The position numbers were made by a program, and so were the translations under genes. Below the pieces are notes generated by a model, which had not been told where the DNA came from, ran no database searches, and worked only from the letters and a program-made list of their open reading frames with translations. Of a DNA stretch of 64,000 nt, positions 30,831 through 40,800 are shown piece by piece (position 1 is the first letter of the stretch; each line of letters starts with the position of its first letter). The stretch is from Promethearchaeota archaeon (lineage in GTDB: Archaea; Asgardarchaeota; Heimdallarchaeia; Hodarchaeales; Hodarchaeaceae), in NCBI GenBank assembly GCA_048938105.1, contig JBHLMN010000004.1:224001-288000 (forward strand). Direction: 5' to 3'.

Positions 30831-31727
30831 ATGCGGAAAAGAAAAAGAGTAATCACATTTGCTTTATTGGTTCTCATCATGAACCTGACCCTTGGATTCA
30901 GGCTTGTCAGTGCTGATGTCACGGCCACTGAATGGTCGGAAACTTATTCCAGTAGTCCATATCATGACTACAGCAATAACCCAGAACGAATAGGGTCATC
31001 AATCACTGTGTATGGGTGGGGGAACTGGTTCCAAGCGGGACTTGCGGTATCAGTCTATCAATACGTTCCTTATGACATCTACAATCTCGTGCATTTCCGA
31101 GTGGCGGTGCATTTTAACTCCTGTGGGATTATAACTCCTCAGCAAAGCTATCCAGCATTCCATGCAGATGATATCATTATATTCATTGATAAAGAGGGGT
31201 ATTATTCAGAACAGTCAATGATCGTTCGAGATTTCAGTGGGGATGATGACAATCCTTATAGTCAAGGAAAAGATATCAGCACCCCATCTTTCGTTGTCTT
31301 TGATGATGAGGAAAGTGAACGGGAAGATTATGCCAGAAAAACTGTCGAATTTGCTGTCAAACAAATATGTGGTCACATCCCTTATTTAGGGGGTTATTTT
31401 GAAGAAATGCTGACTCACGATCCCGACCCAGAGGATTATGACAACGCGCTTTTTTCGAGTGGGGACACTCAAGCCCGATGTTATTGGACTGCTGCCCCTT
31501 ACGACTTTGGTATGCAGGAGAACATTGTCCAAACGTGTTTCAACACGATTGATTGGTACCAAAAACGGATCAACCCAGGAGCTGGTGGGATGGCCATCAA
31601 AGTGTGGGCTCGAATCTTCCTACATGAGGAAGGATCTGATGATTTTGAGGATTATTATGATACACCGCCAGTGTATCTCCGAATCAACCATAAAACCACT
31701 GGTGGTGGAGGAGGCCGCCTGCCATAA
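30831..31727 (+). CDS. Secreted hypothetical protein
   Basis: Strong RBS, basic-hydrophobic signal peptide, Gly-rich C-terminal tail. Confidence 0.75.
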   Translation: MRKRKRVITFALLVLIMNLTLGFRLVSADVTATEWSETYSSSPYHDYSNNPERIGSSITVYGWGNWFQAGLAVSVYQYVPYDIYNLVHFRVAVHFNSCGIITPQQSYPAFHADDIIIFIDKEGYYSEQSMIVRDFSGDDDNPYSQGKDISTPSFVVFDDEESEREDYARKTVEFAVKQICGHIPYLGGYFEEMLTHDPDPEDYDNALFSSGDTQARCYWTAAPYDFGMQENIVQTCFNTIDWYQKRINPGAGGMAIKVWARIFLHEEGSDDFEDYYDTPPVYLRINHKTTGGGGGRLP

Positions 31728-31966
31728 TCAAATGACACACCGTTACAACAAACAAAAATCCCCCCCTTGTTTCTCCGAGTCTGCTCTTATTGAAAAGCTG
31801 GGTGGATATTAACAGACTTGAATGTTAATAAAGAACAGGGATAGTGCAAATGGATCATGGGAACCCACAGAAAAAAGGCTTTTTTCGTAGTCTCATGATC
31901 TTCATTCCCCCCTTTTTTTATTTCGTATTGAGACATACGTTAGGGATGAAAAAGGTAGAGAATAGT

Positions 31967-32308
31967 CTAGCCAGGTTGAGATGGATCGGTCATATACTTA
32001 GGGAAAAGACAGGCATCACAGAAAGGATCAGACTGCCTATAGAGGGTGCAATAAAAGACAGGGGATGGAGACGTAATCCGAGTGAAGTAGACACAATCAA
32101 TATCGAATTTTTTATCCCGGGCAACTTCAAGACTCCCCGTAGGAGCGGCCACAAACTGGTCACAGCGGGCAGGACAGGGCTCATTCCAGAGTTTAAATTG
32201 AAGACAAAAACCCACGGCGCCATCACGGGAAGTAACCATGAAAAGACACTCGCGAAAGATAGCAGACGGCACCACGAGCCAAACCCGCTCCGTAAACATA
32301 GACACCAC
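31967..32308 (-). CDS. Small Cys-rich putative metal-binding protein
   Basis: 8 Cys (C-x13-C, CxxxC, C...C...CxxC); paralogue at 32764-32952. Confidence 0.55.
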   Translation of the reverse strand: MVSMFTERVWLVVPSAIFRECLFMVTSRDGAVGFCLQFKLWNEPCPARCDQFVAAPTGSLEVARDKKFDIDCVYFTRITSPSPVFYCTLYRQSDPFCDACLFPKYMTDPSQPG

Positions 32309-32435
32309 CGTGTACCATAAATAGATTATGAGGGGCTCAGGGAAGACGACAAAATAACTCCTACTTAAGGAAGTAGGAGGAGCTAGTGTCTCCGCTGACG
32401 TTGTTCAAGCTTGAGATGATAGGTTCCTAGCTTCA

Positions 32436-32636
32436 TTATTTATTCATTTTCGCTTGTATATGGTAGTTTATAATTCTACCAAGTGATGTAATGAGGAACC
32501 ATATAAAAAAGAATAGGAGGAAGAATTCTCCCAATTTTTCACCTGTACCTGTAAAAGGGCCGCTGTTAACGACGTCATTCATGTATGGTTTTTTGCTTAT
32601 TATGTTAATAATAATTTCTATTCCTTTTTTGATCAT
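32436..32636 (-). CDS. Possible small single-TM protein
   Basis: Hydrophobic stretch EFFLLFFFIWFLITSLG. Confidence 0.3.
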   Translation of the reverse strand: MIKKGIEIIINIISKKPYMNDVVNSGPFTGTGEKLGEFFLLFFFIWFLITSLGRIINYHIQAKMNK

Positions 32637-32763
32637 TTTATAATATTCTATCCTTGAATAATTAATTCAGGACTAAAACCAGCCATCCATTTATAAAGCG
32701 AGGAAAAACCAAACTGTTTGAAATCTATGTTAAAAAATAGTTGAAGACTCCAAGTCCTAAGAA

Positions 32764-32952
32764 TTATGAGATAGTATACAATTTGGCCTTCGCTTGATCC
32801 AAACTCCTTGGGATTTCCGGAATGAAATGACTACAAGAGTGAGAACAGGGTTCATTCCAGAGTTTAAATGTAATGCTGAGCCACATCGTGCCATTAACAG
32901 AGGTCAACAAGGACATATAGCGTTTAACGCGCTCATCCGGCACCATAGGCAA
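32764..32952 (-). pseudogene. Decayed, truncated paralogue of 31967-32308
   Basis: Shared FKLWNEPC..xC..F motif; several Cys lost; C-terminal half missing. Confidence 0.55.
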
Positions 32953-33142
32953 AACCTAATCCACAACCAAGCGCAAAAACACCTCGGACGAGGGGGAGTT
33001 CAAGGATATCGGACAAACCCACTCTATAATTGGATTGATAGAACAACATAAATACTAGAAATGACAATTAGATCTACGAAACGGAATCCATTTGTAGCCA
33101 TAAAATTTCTGGATGGGATAAATATTTCTACAACACTTCTAT

Positions 33143-34096
33143 TTGAGTGGAATTAGAATGGTAAGTGAACGATGGGGAACTTTGTCTGTTAGAGATCATC
33201 TCAACCCTGAACAATTAGCTATCGATCTCTTGCTCTATGATAGATTGGTTTTTCCATACCCAGGGGAACCGATGTATCATGATCAGACCGCTTTTGAAGA
33301 ATGGGAAGCTAGACGATGGCACCCAATCAAACTAAAGGAAATCTGTACAGAGTTAGGAACTCTAGCAATATTAAGGCCATGGGATAAAGAGAGGAGAGAG
33401 AGATATAAGAAAAGATTACAGGTACTCAAGGGTATAAATCTGGATGCAAAAGAGATTGTGGATGAATCCAAAAGATCTAATTTAGCAGAAGAAGAATACT
33501 ACGATATTACGCGTCAAATCTTAGCACTCGAACAGCCAATCTTGCCTAAAAATGTTTCTTACGTAAATGTTGTGGCTGCGTATCGTTCGAGAAGGAAATG
33601 TATTCTGGATTTTCAAAATAAGGAAAATGAGATTACAAAAAAACCAAGACTTTCATTTTTGATTGGGCAAAAAATTGCTATTCCCGAATTCTCATCACCA
33701 AGAAAAGCAATCGATGAAGTCTTATCCTTGGTAAGAAAAGATGACTTCAGAAGAAAAAGACGAGAATTATATGAATGGCAGGAAAAAATGATTTCAAAAG
33801 ATATACCTGTAGAAAGTGCTGTTATCGAGATGAATGAGCTTGTACAACAGTATAATGACATAATTAAAAATGCAAAAAAGGTACGAAAATACAAATTAGC
33901 CTTTACTCTGATAAAAAGCGGGATTAGTGCAGCAGCTGCAGCATTTGTCCCAATTGCGGTTGGACTAGCATTCGTGGATATTGCCCACTTTCTATTTTTT
34001 GATCGAAAACTTCAATTTGATCCAGGTGAAAACAAACCTGCTGCAATGATCCATGATATTCAAACAAAGTTAGGGTGGTCGTGGAAGGGAATCTAA
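33143..34096 (+). CDS. Hypothetical protein with C-terminal hydrophobic hairpin, probably horizontally acquired
   Basis: GTLSVRDH...DLLLYDRLVFP N-terminus; coiled segment then SGISAAAAAFVPIAVGLAF. Confidence 0.75.
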   Translation: MSGIRMVSERWGTLSVRDHLNPEQLAIDLLLYDRLVFPYPGEPMYHDQTAFEEWEARRWHPIKLKEICTELGTLAILRPWDKERRERYKKRLQVLKGINLDAKEIVDESKRSNLAEEEYYDITRQILALEQPILPKNVSYVNVVAAYRSRRKCILDFQNKENEITKKPRLSFLIGQKIAIPEFSSPRKAIDEVLSLVRKDDFRRKRRELYEWQEKMISKDIPVESAVIEMNELVQQYNDIIKNAKKVRKYKLAFTLIKSGISAAAAAFVPIAVGLAFVDIAHFLFFDRKLQFDPGENKPAAMIHDIQTKLGWSWKGI

Positions 34097-34236
34097 CTTG
34101 TTAAAATACGGGAGATAAAACGGGAAACAGGCAATGGTATTAGTCTGTTCTCAACGGTGAGTCTTAAAAACCTGGATAATTCAAATCAAACTCAAGATAA
34201 TGCCGAAGTCAGGGAAATAGCGAAAAAAGAAAGAGT

Positions 34237-34285
34237 GAGGCTTTGTCGGAACTAATGAACAATCGTTTTGTAACGACAAAGCCTC
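34237..34285. repeat. Perfect 12-bp inverted repeat (terminator-like or IS-end relic)
   Basis: GAGGCTTTGTCG-N25-CGACAAAGCCTC between convergent ORFs; T-rich tract follows on the minus strand. Confidence 0.7.
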
Positions 34286-34307
34286 CTCATAAAAAATGCG
34301 CTATTTT

Positions 34308-34526
34308 TCATTTAGGGTGAATTACACGAACACACGCCTGAATCACGTCACGGACGAGTTGTAATCGGGTCGCGTGAGGAAGTAGGGAGATACTTTCTCC
34401 GAACAATCCCTCCAAGGTCTCTAAAATGATCTTAAGAGCCTGCTCTTCTTCTCGAAGAAGATAAGTTGCTGGGTAATCCTGTATTTTCTGATGAAAAGTG
34501 TGTAAATCAAGGGGTATGATAATCAT
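34308..34526 (-). CDS. Small hypothetical protein
   Basis: 72-aa ORF with AAGGAG directly upstream. Confidence 0.45.
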   Translation of the reverse strand: MIIIPLDLHTFHQKIQDYPATYLLREEEQALKIILETLEGLFGESISLLPHATRLQLVRDVIQACVRVIHPK

Positions 34527-34922
34527 CTCCTTATTTCGAGGAGGAAAGATATCTTTGAACGTGCAAGATACCTTTTTAAACAGGCATTAAGGAATTTTAC
34601 CCGCTAAGAACTAACCAACCAATAGCACTGAAAATATACTAGACATGAAATCATACAGCAAACTGCTGTAATTAAATCTGATATGTTTAGAGCAATTAGA
34701 TAGCCGTCCTGTTGGAGAAATTGTTTGTGATTGGTTAGAATTGACTGAATAAGTGATTGTTTAAAACAAGTTAGAGTAATATACGCATGTTCCTGACGTG
34801 AATCATTCTGAGGTATTTTAGTGAGTAATGTGCGTTTGGGAGAGTTTCTTAGCTACATCTGGAACCCTTGTATCAAACAAGGAAAGAACCAGTGTAATTA
34901 AGCAAAAAATAGGAGATAGAAA

Positions 34923-35051
34923 ATGACAAAGAAAAAGACCCCCATGACAAAAGAAGCTGCTCGACGGATTCAAAGTGCTGCTGATCGTTCAGGGAAACAG
35001 CAGGACTTCAAAGCACGCGCCATGAGAGCTGCTTCTAAAAAGAAGAAATAA
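34923..35051 (+). CDS. Unannotated 42-aa basic small protein resembling the SMP (seed maturation/LEA-like) motif family
   Basis: AGGAG RBS at 34911; MTKKKTPMTKEAARRIQSAADRSGKQQDFKARAMRAASKKKK*; hairpin and T-tract downstream. Confidence 0.75.
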   Translation: MTKKKTPMTKEAARRIQSAADRSGKQQDFKARAMRAASKKKK

Positions 35052-35497
35052 GTAGAGGAGAATTCCTCCTCTTTTTCTTTTTTCCACCCCAGATTAAATA
35101 CTGATCCCATACTTTGTGTATGCTTTAGAACATTATAGGTATTTTTCCGAAGATAATCAATTCGTTTCTTCAATTCACCAGATATATATCCCTGTGTATG
35201 CATTTTCTCTAATAATTTTTGAAAATTCCTTTCATCAATATATGTTTTCAAGGATGTTTCTATAGCTGCACTAATTGCAAGGATTGTAGCTGAATATAAT
35301 CCATAATAATAAGCTCTTTCCGCTTCAGTCCGTAAAATTCTGATATTAGGTAACTCACTCTCGCTATAATCTAGATACCTATTATAGAGATCAACGACTA
35401 TTCCATATCGGTTATAATAATCAGATACTTGCTTCAGCTCATTTCTTAGAAAATCGTCCTTATTTATTCCAATATGTTGATTCTTTTTTTTTTGCAT
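34970..35497 (-). CDS. HEPN/DUF4145-like protein; 3' end probably aberrant
   Basis: EAERAYYYGLYSATILAISAAIETSLK helix and LRKNTYNVLKH; last ~35 codons run antisense through the terminator and small gene. Confidence 0.6.
   Translation of the reverse strand: MQKKKNQHIGINKDDFLRNELKQVSDYYNRYGIVVDLYNRYLDYSESELPNIRILRTEAERAYYYGLYSATILAISAAIETSLKTYIDERNFQKLLEKMHTQGYISGELKKRIDYLRKNTYNVLKHTQSMGSVFNLGWKKEKEEEFSSTYFFFLEAALMARALKSCCFPERSAAL
35055..35083 (+). terminator. Hairpin + T-tract terminator
   Basis: GAGGAG-AATTC-CTCCTC followed by TTTTTCTTTTTT, directly after the small ORF stop. Confidence 0.55.
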
Positions 35498-35544
35498 TCA
35501 TCTTAATAGCAACCAACTTTCAAACAATTATTCTACTACTCACC

Positions 35545-35676
35545 CTACGGATATAGTAGATATCGTCCATTCCATTTTCTCACAAATTTAATTTGTTCAG
35601 CCTCATGAAACGGCATAATATATCTATCTTTGACTGTAGAGGTTGTCGTACCAGAAAGGCTTATTAGTCTGGAAAT
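35545..35676 (-). pseudogene. Possible winged-helix gene fragment
   Basis: Reads ISRLISLSGTTTSTVKDRYIMPFHEAEQIKFVRKWNGRYLLYP* and is preceded by an in-frame TAA. Confidence 0.3.
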
Positions 35677-35851
35677 TTAGGATTTATAAAGGGTGCTGGA
35701 TAACACCTATATGATCGTCTCATCGTATGCCTTGGGGTTGTGTCAACCAAGAAAGTCCTTTTCTGACTTGGCAGAACTCAGATGTTGATGCTGAATAAAA
35801 TGGTACCTAATGAGGATGGCAATATTTTTCTGATTATAAGGAGAATGGATA

Positions 35852-35956
35852 ATGGATTTTGGTGAAATTCTTCTTTCAATAGGCTTAATAATTTCATTCG
35901 GGTATTTTATTTGGTATATTCTTCGCTTGATCTTTTCTGATACAGAAAAACTCTGA
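35852..35956 (+). CDS. Unannotated 34-aa single-pass membrane protein
   Basis: AGGAG (35839-43) 8 nt before ATG; MDFGEILLSIGLIISFGYFIWYILRLIFSDTEKL*. Confidence 0.5.
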   Translation: MDFGEILLSIGLIISFGYFIWYILRLIFSDTEKL

Positions 35957-36285
35957 CTGATTTCTTTCAAAAATCCTTTTCATTTTCTACTCTTTTTATT
36001 ATCTCTCTATAAAAGACTTATAAATTGAAGGGAAGTAGTTTACCTAACAAAAAAATCCAAAACGTGAACATTAAAATACAAGCAAAAAATGAAATACTTG
36101 AAATAATCTCTGTCCTAGCTTTTTTGATTGGAATTTTGTTCAGTAAATCGTAAAGAATCCATCAAGAATAGATATAATATATTTTTAAGAAAGTAATAAT
36201 TTTCAATTAAACGTTCTAGCAGAATAAAATGAAATCAAATTATCGGAAAGGATCCATCAAGAGAATAGACATTTGGTGATATATA

Positions 36286-37605
36286 TTGAGTAGAGAATTT
36301 TTAGAGATTTTTGAGGAGAAGCTAAACTTTCGATCTCAGTCTACAGACTCCAGGATGGTGAGTGTGGATTTCTTTCTTACACATATCTTACCCCAGGTTC
36401 AAGTTATTACTGTTCATAGTCCCTTTGTGCCATCTCGTAAGGGGGAGCTTGGTGGGCCTTTAAGAATTTTAACTATTCCAAAAACTTTTGATGAGACTTG
36501 GTTCGTGGGAGGTAGGAATGTAACTCCTCAAGTCCCATGTGCTGTTGTTTTTTATGGCATTGGTTTCCCCTCAGATCGTTATGACAGTTCTCCTGATGAG
36601 GATCAGATAGCTGATTTGTACTACCAAAGCATGTGGTTGAGCTCTCGAGAGGATGAGTATCCGACAATACCTAAAGATGAGGTCTTTCGGGCCATTCGGG
36701 AATCTCAAAGGGGATTACGTCAGAGGCTTAAGTGTCATGATATGTCAGTAGAGGAGATCGTGACATCTATGAGTCGGGGTTTCTGTGATGGTTGGTTAGA
36801 CATTCTTGAGACGTTGATGGCCCAAATAGTAGAAACAGGGGCAAGGGAAGCTCAAAAATTTAGTCCTAATAAAGAGTTGAGTTATCTTCTTGCCCCTGAA
36901 AATGAGGAATTGTATTGGGGGCCCACTATGGATGAATTCGAGTACTATTATCTATCCTTTCTCGATTGGGATGCAAGTTCTGATTTTAAGAATGGATGGG
37001 TAACTGCTCTCAGGCGCCAGAGACAAAATTATAAACGAGTAGCCTTAGATAGAGAGGTTTTAATGGTGGATTATCTCAAGTCATTAATTCGTGACATTAT
37101 GACAATAAAAAGGGCTTTTGGAGGACATGCTCTTTGCCCCGAGTTTCTAACACGGGGGTACCTCCAAGCAGAGCCCCTACTCATTACCCTCGTGTTTGAT
37201 GATAGTGATCGGCCCGACCCGACAGAGTACCTCCGTCAGTTTGAGGGTAAACTGAATTTCCAATCATTGTCTGGTGAGCAAAAGAAGGTTAGTACAGACG
37301 TGTTTGTTAATCACATTCTTCCCCAAGTAGTCATCTTACTCACTGATTTCACGAGAGACGAGGATGGGACGAAATATCGGGATATCGTGACGATCGGGAA
37401 AGAAGAATATGAAGACCTTTTGCAAGGGAAGTTACGTGATACTATTACTTTTCAATGGGCCATATTTGACAGAAAAACGGACTCACTTCGTTATTATATA
37501 AGTAACCTTTCAGATCACATATGCCGAATGGCAGATTACGGTTTTAATTTAGTTGAAGCTAAAAAGATTAGCAATATAATTCAGTCTCAGACTGAAGAAA
37601 ACTAA
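36286..37605 (+). CDS. Hypothetical protein with a duplicated domain at N- and C-termini
   Basis: GGTGA RBS; FEEKLNFRS...VSVDFFLTHILPQV versus FEGKLNFQS...VSTDVFVNHILPQV. Confidence 0.75.
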   Translation: MSREFLEIFEEKLNFRSQSTDSRMVSVDFFLTHILPQVQVITVHSPFVPSRKGELGGPLRILTIPKTFDETWFVGGRNVTPQVPCAVVFYGIGFPSDRYDSSPDEDQIADLYYQSMWLSSREDEYPTIPKDEVFRAIRESQRGLRQRLKCHDMSVEEIVTSMSRGFCDGWLDILETLMAQIVETGAREAQKFSPNKELSYLLAPENEELYWGPTMDEFEYYYLSFLDWDASSDFKNGWVTALRRQRQNYKRVALDREVLMVDYLKSLIRDIMTIKRAFGGHALCPEFLTRGYLQAEPLLITLVFDDSDRPDPTEYLRQFEGKLNFQSLSGEQKKVSTDVFVNHILPQVVILLTDFTRDEDGTKYRDIVTIGKEEYEDLLQGKLRDTITFQWAIFDRKTDSLRYYISNLSDHICRMADYGFNLVEAKKISNIIQSQTEEN

Positions 37606-37873
37606 ACTACAAGGACGAAGATATTTGAGAGAAGAATCATTCTTTAATACCAGTTTTAATTAAATATTGGTTAGTTTCTCCAAAATACAGAATTCATGAT
37701 GATAATTAATGAAACGAGGTTTTTTTTTCTTGATAAACATCTTTACACTTTCTGTGTATACCTTATCTTCGCGAAACTTATTCCATTTTTGTGAAGGGAG
37801 GACCATCTCATCTTATTCTTTACTTGCTGGATTTCTTGAGTTTATATGCCAAGGAAAAGAGAGAAAAAGAGGA

Positions 37874-40800
37874 TTATTTCCTCTTTTTCCAGTAGTAAAG
37901 TAAAACAGTTGGAAGTAAGGCCAGGGGAATTGAGAAAGGAGTTATTGTGGTGGTTGTAGAAGTTTCTGAGGACTCTGAGGAAGTAAGATTTGAGGTAGAA
38001 GGTTTTGTGGAAGTTGGATTTGAGGAACTAGTGGGTATAAATCGACTTTTCACAAATTCTATTTCAACCCCACCAATTAAAATCCCATCTATGTAAGCGT
38101 CGATCACATAAATGCGTTTCTCCCCTTCTTGGACATCCTCAGGGGTATTAACTGTAATTTTAATGGTTTTATTCTCCCCAGGAGTCTGGACTTGAGGGTA
38201 ATCACGTTGAATTTCGACTGGCCAAAGGTTAGCTGATCCTATTTGTCGTGCTTCGAGATAGATTAATGCAGCTTGGTCACTTGGATTAGAAAGTGTAAAA
38301 GTGGCTGTTGCAGGAGAAGAAACTGGGTGGACATGAGTATTCTCTTGACCATTATTATTATCAAAGTCAAGATCCCACGGATGATAAACAGAAATCATTA
38401 GACAGATATGACCTGTAATCGCAGGAGTCCACAATGCTTCAGCAGTTACCTCCCCATTGATAGATCCTACTCGTGCTGGTACAGTTACTTTATCATCACC
38501 GAATTTATACCATGTTTTTTGACCTGCACCCCAGAATGCCCACTCAAAGGTCACCTCAGTGTCAGTCGCTATGGCAGGCTCATCATTGAAAATTGTTGCT
38601 TTTACAGTATAAGTATGACCAACAATGAGGTCACTAGATGCAACAAGATCACTAGTTGCTGTATCTATCAGCTGAATTACTGGATTATTCCAACGAGGAT
38701 TCTCACTTCCAGGATTTAGATACCATGTATCATCTGCCCACTGGCAATAGAGATGAGGATCAGGTAAAGGTTGATTAGGAAGTCTTCTATATAAGGTTAC
38801 AGCAGTCCTTCCAGATGTACTACCTTTGGCTACTACATTTAAAAACCCTATAGACCCACTAGGAACAGTATAAGGGGAAATGGTGAACACTCCAGCGGCA
38901 TCAGTGGTTGTGGTAGTAGAGACAACATTGTCTCCGAAATAGATACTAACTGTCTCAGAGCTTCCAAAACTGGTTCCAGAAAGAGTAGCAGTAATACCTG
39001 CTGGTCCATCAGAAGGAGTAATATCAAGAGACGCACCGAGGCTTGTTACAGTAATGTCATCCTGAAAAGGAATGAAATTATGCTTAGTTACAGTTAATTT
39101 AACTGGAGTGGTTGATGGTAAAACATTAAATATGACTTCACCAGCAGGATTGGTATATTTCACTTGATGGAGGGATCCTCCATCTAAGCAAACACGAGCA
39201 TGGTCAATAGGATTTCCACCAATCAAGTCAGAGACTTTAATAATGAATTCTTGGTAACTTCCTGAACCAATAGCCTCTGGAAATTCAACCATCAATTCAG
39301 CTGGGACATCTGTCCACATCTCCATTTCTGGATCTCCAATTAAATGAAACATTTCAAAAGTTTGTTTCGTTTTAGGCTTATCATACCCGTAAACATTTGT
39401 CATATAGAATTTCCCATAATTTAACATGTGACCTAAATGATAAATTTCCCCAACATTAAATGCGGGATCAAAATCAGGCCAAATAGCATCAACCATTCCA
39501 CGTACCAATTGATCATTATATCCAGAATTGGAGTTTCTTGTTGCACCAATAGCAGCTACGGCACCACCATTTGGTTGATTAACAAATAACTCACAAATAG
39601 ATTCGAAATTTCGTGTAAGATTGCCATCATGAAATTGATCTACTTCCGAATCAAACCAACAACTTTGACATTCAATACTCAATACTACAGGTAATAACTC
39701 TCCATTAGTTAAAGCAGTAATTTGAGCATTACCAAAGAACGGATCACCCCAATGATCAGTATTGCACCACCAAGAACTAAATTCATGGTTCCAGAAATTT
39801 CTACTCCCAGCGTGATCTCGATGATAAACAAAGAAGCATCCATTTTGAAGGGCATTAGTAATATCGTTATCATCCCCGTTCCAAGCAAATCCATTTGTTC
39901 TAAGTAAATCGGCTGGAATGGGCAACCCTGCATCATAATCCACACTATAGTTACGAGGATCAGCAGCAGCAGCGGCAGTATAGACTCTAGTCACTGTATA
40001 ATCATTTTGAAGATAATCTCTGACTTCTTCACTTGTCAATGTGAATCGTCGGTCTTCATAATCATCAAGATCATCATCTTGAAATTGAGCAGTTGCTAAA
40101 ACATTTCGATAAAAATTAGGATCCGTAGGAGGATCTGTTTCATAACGGACGATCTTACTTGCTACTGTTTTTAATTCATCTTCTGAATTTACAGCTAATC
40201 TTCCATAATAGATATCAGGAAAATAATCCTCCCCATCTACTGTGAAATAATATAAATCGGTAGGAGTCTTATAGCCCCCATGTCCAAGTGATAAATGGGG
40301 AGTCTTATAATGTGTGGGAATAAAGTCTGAATCACCCACCAATAATACAAATGAAGGGGCAGGAGTCCAAGTTTCGTAAGCGTTCTTGATATAATTTGCT
40401 ATATCTGTAACTGTTGGATTCACTGAGGGAGGTTTGATTTCTGATGTTTTCACGATTCGTGTTAAGTATCCTTTTTCCTGTTTCCAATTTGCTAATAATT
40501 GAATTTCTTCAGTAAAAGTATCATATGCTATGATTAGATAGTCACAACCAGTTCGCTCTTGTCCTGGATATTCAATGGGATATTCTAATGGTAAGTCAAA
40601 CCTATATTGATAGTTTGGGATCATCATGTCTAACATTTCTTCAAATGCAGGAGATAATAACCTATCTGGAATTTCTTTAATTTGAGCTGGAGAATTATAA
40701 TTTACTCTCACTTCTATTTTTGAATAAGTTCTCACTTCCTTTGTAACGGGATTAAATTGAATTGGATAAAATGTTATAGGGAGTAATCGATGTCCTCGAA

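Noticed and set aside
31844-33051. Plus-strand ORFs 31844-32320 and 32794-33051
   Set aside because: Antisense to the Cys-rich paralogue pair; their mutual similarity is explained by the DNA duplication
35743-35970. 75-aa minus-strand ORF
   Set aside because: TTG start without RBS; antisense to a better-supported 34-aa TM peptide
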